Source: the human T2T-CHM13v2.0 reference genome, Homo sapiens
Direction: 5' to 3' (one strand)
Assembly (NCBI RefSeq): GCF_009914755.1
Contig: NC_060926.1
Length of the DNA stretch: 64,000 bases
The stretch's first letter is position 1; the number at the start of each line of letters is the position of its first letter. The position numbers and the translations under genes are program-made. The notes below the pieces were generated by a model. The model made no database searches. It had not been told where the DNA came from and saw only the letters and a program-made list of their open reading frames with translations. Below are positions 56,852 through 64,000 of the stretch, one piece after another.

Positions 56852-58739
56852 GATTTACCCAGGTTTACACAATACCAGGAGAGCAAGAAGTCAACCTAAA
56901 TTTGCTTTGGCTCAGAACTCAGCTGCCAATTACATTAGTCTAATGCTGAGGAGCTCTGGGTCTGAGAAGCTCTGGGTCCGAAGGGAAGTTAAGTTAATCA
57001 GTCACTTCAGAGATTTGTGTCTCTCTCAAATGTTCATTTAGAGTCTCTCTTGTACAACAACATTAATTGATTAATATTTGCAAAGAGCAGTATTACAATT
57101 TTAGAAGCACTCTACCCATAAAACTCTCATAGGTCATAGAAAAACAAAATAATTGTCAACTTGACTATGAGATGTTGAAATAGCATGAGAAATCCCAAAG
57201 AACCATATGTCTACTTTTGTGAAATGTAATTTGGTCCCAGCAGGAATTAGTCAAAAGAATCAATAAATGGGTCTGTGATTTTTATTCAGTTTCTGAAATA
57301 CGCAGATTTTGCAATATCACTCAATATCAATCTCTGATTGCTCCTAATAGCCAGTAAAAGTTCAAATGTTCAATAAAGCAAAACACAAACACATTTCAGA
57401 AATTCATAGCATTTTCATTTGCATATCATTAATAATGGCTTCAATTAAAGTATAATTTCTTGCTTAGAATGACTCTGAAAACAGATGTCATCACCAGTAA
57501 TAGTAAACATTTTCTTCCTTTAGGGAAAGGAGTATTTTTAGTTTCCTGGATTCATTAATGAGATATTAAAATTTGGAAACAATGTATATACCTTCTGTAT
57601 AAACAATATTTTTACTGGTTATAAATGGTAATTCATAAATGTAAACAATTTGATGAAATTCATTAGGAGCATAGCAATATGAGAAAATTTAATGTAATAT
57701 AGAGAAAAGAATATCAGTATAAAATATGGTTACAGTACTTTGAAAGTTAAAAATAAAAGTTAAAACTAAATTTAAAAATTAATAAGGTAAAAACAAAAGA
57801 AACTCCAGTTCATATTGAGAAAGGAATATCATATTTAATTTTCATAACTTTATTTTACTTTCAAAGTCATGTTAGTCTAGACATTAGATAGAGAAGAAAA
57901 GGAACTTAAAATAGGAACTTTGATATATAAAACAGTAATTGCAATGCAATGTAGTAAGTTGTATAAAAAAGCTAAGTACAATGATCTTTACTCATGCAGA
58001 GGATTATGTAACCTGTACTGGATTTAAAGGAATAGAATATTTACTATCTGGAGAACAGACCATTTCAGGCAAAGAAATCACAGGTGTAATTGTATCAATA
58101 TATGAAAACACACTGATATCACGAAATTTTTCAAATACTTTTCAGTCGGTCTCCACACGCAAGCTAATTACAGTGCTGCTCATAGTGTGATTCCATAAAC
58201 TCAGTAAACATTTCCTAACAAAATCATGGCTTCCCTATATGTCTGAAGAACTGTGTCCGTTTGTCAACTCAGACTGTCAACTCTGATGGCGACTGTAAAA
58301 ATTAAAAGTCTATCTTGTTGTCTGATTAAATTAAGCCATTTCCCATTTTAACATTGTAAATTGAGTAATTTTGTATTTTTGTAAAATAGCATAGAAGGAA
58401 GCAGAAGATGAAAAAGGGGGAAACAGAAAAGATAAGTAGATAATTCTATCAGCAGCCACAGACATCACAAGAACTCAAAGAGCACAGCACTGGCAGGGTG
58501 TGGGAGGCATTTTGCAAACAAGCTTGCCATGCTACAAAAATTATTCTCCATAATGGGTTTAGTTGTGAGCTGTCGTCTTTTCTTATTTTGCTTTTGTACT
58601 TAGCCAAGGGAAATCCTTTACCTTCATGCTTTCTCATTGGCAGAGAGCACAGGGGACAAGTCCGTTGGATTGAAAGTTTAAAGAGGACTATAGAAGCACA
58701 AAGAAATAAGGGAGACACGAGGTGAGAAACAGGATGAGC

Positions 58740-59385
58740 ATGGTATTGGAAAGGTCACCAGTTCTGGAATTAGGCAGTCAGTGAAACCAGTACTCATTAT
58801 TTACAAGCTCTGACTAACATTGGACAAGGTACTTAACTTCTTGATATCTCAACTATAAAAAAAAGGGTATTTTTTTTGCTTTGTTTGGCAGTTTTGAGGA
58901 CTCCGTAATCCTTTGCTTTATTTTTCTTTGTAACACTTATCATCACTTGTCATAGTACATATTTACTTGATTAGCAGTTGCATATCTCTTCGAACTAATA
59001 TAACTTCCTGGGATCAGGGACATTTTCTTTGTTCACTGCTAAATTTCCAGGATCTAAAAGAGTCCCTGGTCATAGTGGGAGCTTGGTAAAGAGTTGTCGC
59101 TTAAGTTAGTTAGCTTAGTGAATAAATGAAAGAATACGAACCAGAGAGCAGAATGCCGGACACTGCTTAAGCATTTACTAAATGTTAGATAATTGAGGCA
59201 AACTTAGATTCAAATGTTGGCGGTTTCATTTACTAATTGTGTGGCCTGTGGCTTCTTAACTGGAAAACAGGAGTGGGGAAGAATTAAAATACCTACCTTT
59301 AATGGTTATTGTCAAAGTGAGACAAGTAACTGGGGTAAACAATGCCTGGTAAAATGCTAACTACATGGTAGCAATTATAATAATT
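58740..59385. mobile_element. MIR and L2 3'-end relics
   Basis: 'ttggacaaggtacttaacttc', 'taacacttatcatcact...cttcctgggatcagggac...tgttcactgct', 'attcaaatgttggc..catttacta'. Confidence 0.6.
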
Positions 59386-60385
59386 CAAAGTAAGAGATTT
59401 GTCCAAAAAGATTAGTGCTAAATTTCTGGAGAGTCCATTTTCTCCATAGAGAAAATAGTTCACTTGAAAATGCCCAGAGAAGGAGACAAGAGACCATTAT
59501 GAGTACATCGTGTTCTTCTGAAGCTAGGCTCGCTATAGCACAATTAGAAACAAACTGAATTTATAAGTAGAATGTAGCCACGGAAATCTAAGCTTTGGGA
59601 TTCAGAGGCTTATGCATTCATTTTTATTCATAATTACATATGAAAGCTCTTGTTTTTCTAAAGTATGCCTTCCTGAGGGGACTTACATATAACAAAATGA
59701 TTGTGTATAAAACAAGGCAATACAGAGTTAGATTACTCTTCATTTCTTATTGATAAGAAGGCAGTCTCACAGCATGCTGGATTTAAGTAAACATCTTAAG
59801 AAGTAAACACCTTAAAGTGAAAATTGAGCTATCCTCTCTTTGGTCCTAGAGAATGAAGGGAAGGACTCAGTCACATGCCCAATTTGGATCTAAGAATCAT
59901 CTCCAAAACATCTGTTTTTTCCTAATTGTCCATACTCAGCTAGTTGTTCAAAGCAATGTTTAAAGAGAGAAGAAAAACATGAATTTATTTAACCACGATT
60001 ACACAAGCAGTGTATGCAAAACAACCACAAAACAATTCACATGTAAATAAGCATGTTAAATTTTAGTAAAATGCTCATATTTTTAAATTGGATGATGAAA
60101 AATTCAATATTATTTATTAATGTAAAATTGAATTACACAATTTATTTTATTTTGTTTTGCTATTTTTTATATTCTCCCAGTGTACACAAGAATGATAGTG
60201 AGAAAAAAATAGAGTAACCACTTCTGTTGACAAATGTATAAATAAACCCATTTTTATATGTATAAATATCCTGTAAATATCTGAACTATTAGAGTAAAAG
60301 TCCAAAATTACAATTCTACTCAGATACAAGAGAAATGTAAGCAGTCATGTCGATGTTTTAAATATATAAATAAATTTACTCTTGC

Positions 60386-60797
60386 CATTGTTTGGGTACT
60401 CTAGGAAGCATGCTGGAGGATGAGCTTAGTTTGCAGGATGTCTGCTAGAGAAAACCCTTGGGATCAACACATGTTGAATAGAGGGGAAGGAAACATAATT
60501 GGTCAGATGAAGTCAACCTGTGATAGAGGCTCAGCAACAACCTCAGATGATTGCACAGAAAATTCTGTAGCTAAATTGAACATTATAGTTGCCCAGGGAA
60601 GGCCAAAATAGCTGGGCCTTTGGATATGACCTGTTCAGACCTCGGAAAAGCATGACTTTGGAAAAGGTAGCTCTCTGTAGCAAAGACAGTCCTGGAAAGA
60701 TTGAGAGTTGAAGGCTGTCTGTCAACAGCCCTCATGACAATTAGAGCAATGAGGTCTTCCTTCTTTGAAAGGGTATCTGGGTGATGCTTACCACCTC
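60386..60797 (-). mobile_element. LTR16-type (ERVL) solo LTR
   Basis: Reverse complement matches LTR16 motifs 'gacagacagccttcaact', 'tgttgatcccaaggg', 'cctgcaaactaa'. Confidence 0.75.
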
Positions 60798-61176
60798 TAA
60801 TATTTTTCTCATTCTTAAAGGACATCTAATTGCAACTATACAGTTTGCTGTATATTATGAAGATTATCGTGCAGAAAAAAAAGAAAAACAGATCCAGACT
60901 AAATCATAACTTTCTCTTCTGGGTTGAGAAGAAGTAAGAGAAATATTTAAGAACACTTCTCCCATTTATAAAATAAAAAGATAACACAAATTTGAGTTCA
61001 GAACTAGATGCTTGAGAGCACTGCATAGCAAGTAAGTTTTTTTAAAAGTAGAAATACACTTAAGGAAAATGCTAATATCAGCACTATGCACAATCTGCAC
61101 AGCAAGCCTTGGACAGAAGCAATGTGGAAGGGCTAAAACTGATACTTCTTTGTTAAATACAGATTCTAGAGGTGAC

Positions 61177-61600
61177 TGTAGTGGATAGTGCCATGTGCAA
61201 ACTTGATTCCTTCTTCAAGACTGAGACGTTCATTCCCCCACCTGCCAGAGTGCAGAGCACTGCTATCATTGGAAGGAAGCTAATTCATGCAAAGTGATGC
61301 ACCATTGTGGAAGGAGTAGACCTTAGGACTAGTTGATGGGAGTAGGGGTGCTAAGATAAAAGTCCAGCTTTCTTCCCTCAATTTGGGGAACCACACTGAA
61401 GGGGCATTTCAGGTCCAGAACTTCACACGTGATCAGCTGAGGCCTGTGCTATAACTGTATCGCAGCTCAACTTCTCCATCTGCCCAATCCTACCTCTGTC
61501 ATTCCTTTACTGTTATTATTCCTTAGGGCACTTTATAATAAACCTTCTCAATGGAAATCTCCATCTCAGAATCTATTTCTTGAAGACCCCGCAGCAGACA
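61177..61600 (+). mobile_element. LTR16-type 5' LTR
   Basis: TG...CA ends; 'caacttctccatctgcccaatcct', AATAAA, 'atctccatctcaga'; followed by PBS-like tggtactagaaatggt at 61604. Confidence 0.8.
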
Positions 61601-63760
61601 GTTTGGTACTAGAAATGGTCCCAGGAAGGAAATTCTAAAATGGGATTTTCAAAGTTGGAATGTCAGCTGACTGACTGGCATGGGGATCTCAGCCTTAGTA
61701 ATAGCTGGAATACTGATAAGTCTAGCATGCCGTAGTGATGGTATGATTAAAACCTCCTCCATCGTATACCAGGATGGGAAATCACCCAGTGGAAAGCAAC
61801 ACACTGGCTAATTATCTCAAGAGTTTGAGAGATATGGAGGAATATTAATTATACTAAACAATTATGGAATTGATGTTGGTAACTAAGAGCTCCTGATAAA
61901 CTGAAAATAGTGTAAAGTTCAAAGTAGCTAATCAACAATGTAAGGCAAAGTGTAATAGTCAGAGAGGGTCATCTTTACAGTGTATAAAGAGACTCATATT
62001 CAGCAGCAACAGAGAAAATCCATCTTAACCATCTAGGCCTACAGAAATGACCCATTCTACCCTGTTAAAGGCAAGTTCTTGCCTCATTGTTAATCCAGGG
62101 AACTTTACCTTATAAACCAACCTGCTCACCCCCATCAGAATCTATCCTTTCCCCCTCTTCTGGCACCAGACCCATACAAATAAAATCTTAGCATTACCTA
62201 CGTAGGGAAGTGCTGGACTGGCTAAGAGAAGAAAAGGACTATGTTCCAAAAGAGCTGTAGGACCTAGTTACTATGCATCAACAAGATCTGTGGGATTATA
62301 TGTGTGCTGAATCCTTATGGTGATGGAGCAAAGAGGGTGTAAAATCAGTTGGATAAGGGAGAGTTTGCCAGTTGAACAAAAATGTTTATATCATGGCGAG
62401 AATTCCAAGAAACAGTATACTACTAGGATGGAAAGACTGAAAGATTGGATAGAAGTGATGAGCCACAATAAATTGAATAGAAATGCTAAATAGAACTCCA
62501 GTGGCAGGTAGTGGAGAAAAAAAATCAAATAGCTAAGAGAAGTCATCATGCTAGTGGTCATGAATATACTGTGTAAGGCAGAAAACCCAAAAGCTGACTA
62601 TATCTCACAGTATTACCAGGAGCATAACCTGTTTATCAAAGTGATAAGAATTTGGCCAGTGAGAGGGCCACCAGCATTGTTGAGAATCTGTCTGCGTTCT
62701 ATAGGCTATGTCTAACTATAGGAGGTACTTGTGTTGTATTGGGCTCATTAATAGAAATGGTGATGATAGGTAGTATCTGAAATGTAATAGAGGGCAGATG
62801 ATGGTACTTAATCATTAAGAGCAAAGGAGGCACAGTTATTTTAATGAGTAGATGAAGAAAAAGTGGCAGCCAGGTTATCTAACTTGAAAGCATTTATGGT
62901 GATAGTTAATAGAAGTTGAACTTCCCAGAAGCCAAATAGATACACAGTCAACCACAGTATTATTGATAATCTATACCAGTATTTCTCAATAAGGAGCAAT
63001 TATGACACCCTCACCTCCACCCAAGAGACATTTGGCAATGTCTAAAGACATTTTTGGCTGTCACAACCTAGAGGGTGCTGTCATAGCTAGCAGATAGAGG
63101 GCAGGGATGTTGCTAAAAATTATATGATGCACAAGACAACTCCCCACAACAAAGACTTTTCTGGGCCAGAATGGCAATAGTGCTGATGTTGGGGGGTAAA
63201 AAAGAAAACACGATCTATACAAACAGAAGAAATCAAGGATTGTACATTTGGAGGCTGAGGGAAGATGCTTTAAAAAAAAGAAAGAAAAAGTTTAGTCTAG
63301 ATCTGAGTCAGTTTTCAGATTTGGAGCATATTGACTAATAAAAGGATCCTACAACTCCACAGCTTGGACAAGCACCCAGTCCTTCTCTAGTAAGACTCAT
63401 GGCCATTTACTTATGTTACAACACACTAGGCAAAGATGAATATATACTCAGTTATTTCAAGGACTGTGAGACATAGGTCTGAGTTGACATTAATCTTTCA
63501 GGACGAGAAGTTTATATTTTTGTTGTTGTTTCTTTTTGTTTTTTCATGTTCCTTCCTTTATAGTGAGTCATATAGATTTAAGGTTATAAATGGAGTTTGG
63601 GTTCAAGTTTTGCTTACAGTGCATCCACTGGGTCCATAAGTCAATCTGGTGCTTTTTTTCCTTTTCCAAAATATATAATTTGTTGGACATACTTGAGAGT
63701 TGTCAGAATTCATATTGTTCCTTGGCTATGGGATAAAAGCTACCGTGCTGGTAAAAGCCT
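61601..63760 (+). mobile_element. ERVL-class internal sequence (ERV3-16A3-like), decayed gag-pro
   Basis: Follows LTR and PBS; protease remnant ~63440-63730 (FQGL*DIG/SELTLI; VINGVWVQVLLTVHPLGP). Confidence 0.75.
62977..63212. mobile_element. MER20 inserted in the ERVL internal region
   Basis: 'gacatttggcaatgtctaaagacattttt...tgtcacaac'; 8-bp TSD atctatac (62969-62976 / 63213-63220). Confidence 0.88.
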
Positions 63761-64000
63761 ATGCTACAGCAAATAAAATAGATTAACACTCTGGGGGATA
63801 ATGAATACGTTAGTAAACCCAAAGAGATTAATCCATTTAGAAAACAACTAAAAACCTGGACATAAGGCAATACAAGACATGAGTTGTGCATGTTTACTTG
63901 AAGAACAAGGGAATAGGAGCCTCTACAAGTAAATTCCTTACTACCTGATTTTAGCCTCAGGAGAAAGGTCATCCTGACTGTGCACACAACAGCAATAGAG

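Larger units (their letters stand above)
56270..56935 (+). mobile_element. MIR split by a ~447-bp templated insertion
   Basis: Left part ends ...tttacagatgatgaaattgaaattcaaagaagt (56404); right part resumes gatttacccaggtttacaca (56852). Confidence 0.75.

Noticed and set aside
56742-57041. Paralogous ORFs MSVRENPWDQH / MSARENPWDQH (60420-60611) as a small gene family
   Set aside because: Similarity comes only from the 195-bp duplication of antisense LTR16 sequence and ends at the breakpoint

Overview
AT-rich, repeat-dense primate genomic DNA. An AluYa5-type element at 8604-8914 points to human origin. It reads as intergenic or deep-intronic: I find no intact protein-coding gene, RNA gene or CpG island, and nothing prokaryotic (no CRISPR, operon or retron). 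Most ORF-track entries are Alu, L1, LTR or chance frames. Content: (i) a decayed class-I ERV on the minus strand (~980-5660) with gag remnants, no pol, an EnvV-like env broken by stops and an Alu, and a ~30-bp 3' LTR stub; (ii) solo LTRs (MER39/LTR49-like, MER52-like, MLT1, LTR16), a THE1 fragment and an ERVL-type provirus start; (iii) about 17 Alus, a nested L1 block (30.1-37.8 kb), L2/MIR relics and DNA transposons. Two structures are not explained by ordinary transposition. One is a ~447-bp mosaic insertion at 56405-56851 that splits a MIR and is built from two segments copied from 1.95 kb and 3.7 kb downstream, joined by snap-back fillers. The other is a hairpin with 52-bp arms (30 bp perfect) at 42157-42270. 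Repeat family names come from my recall of consensus sequences and need RepeatMasker/Dfam confirmation. I do not see convincing evidence of a new multi-gene system.
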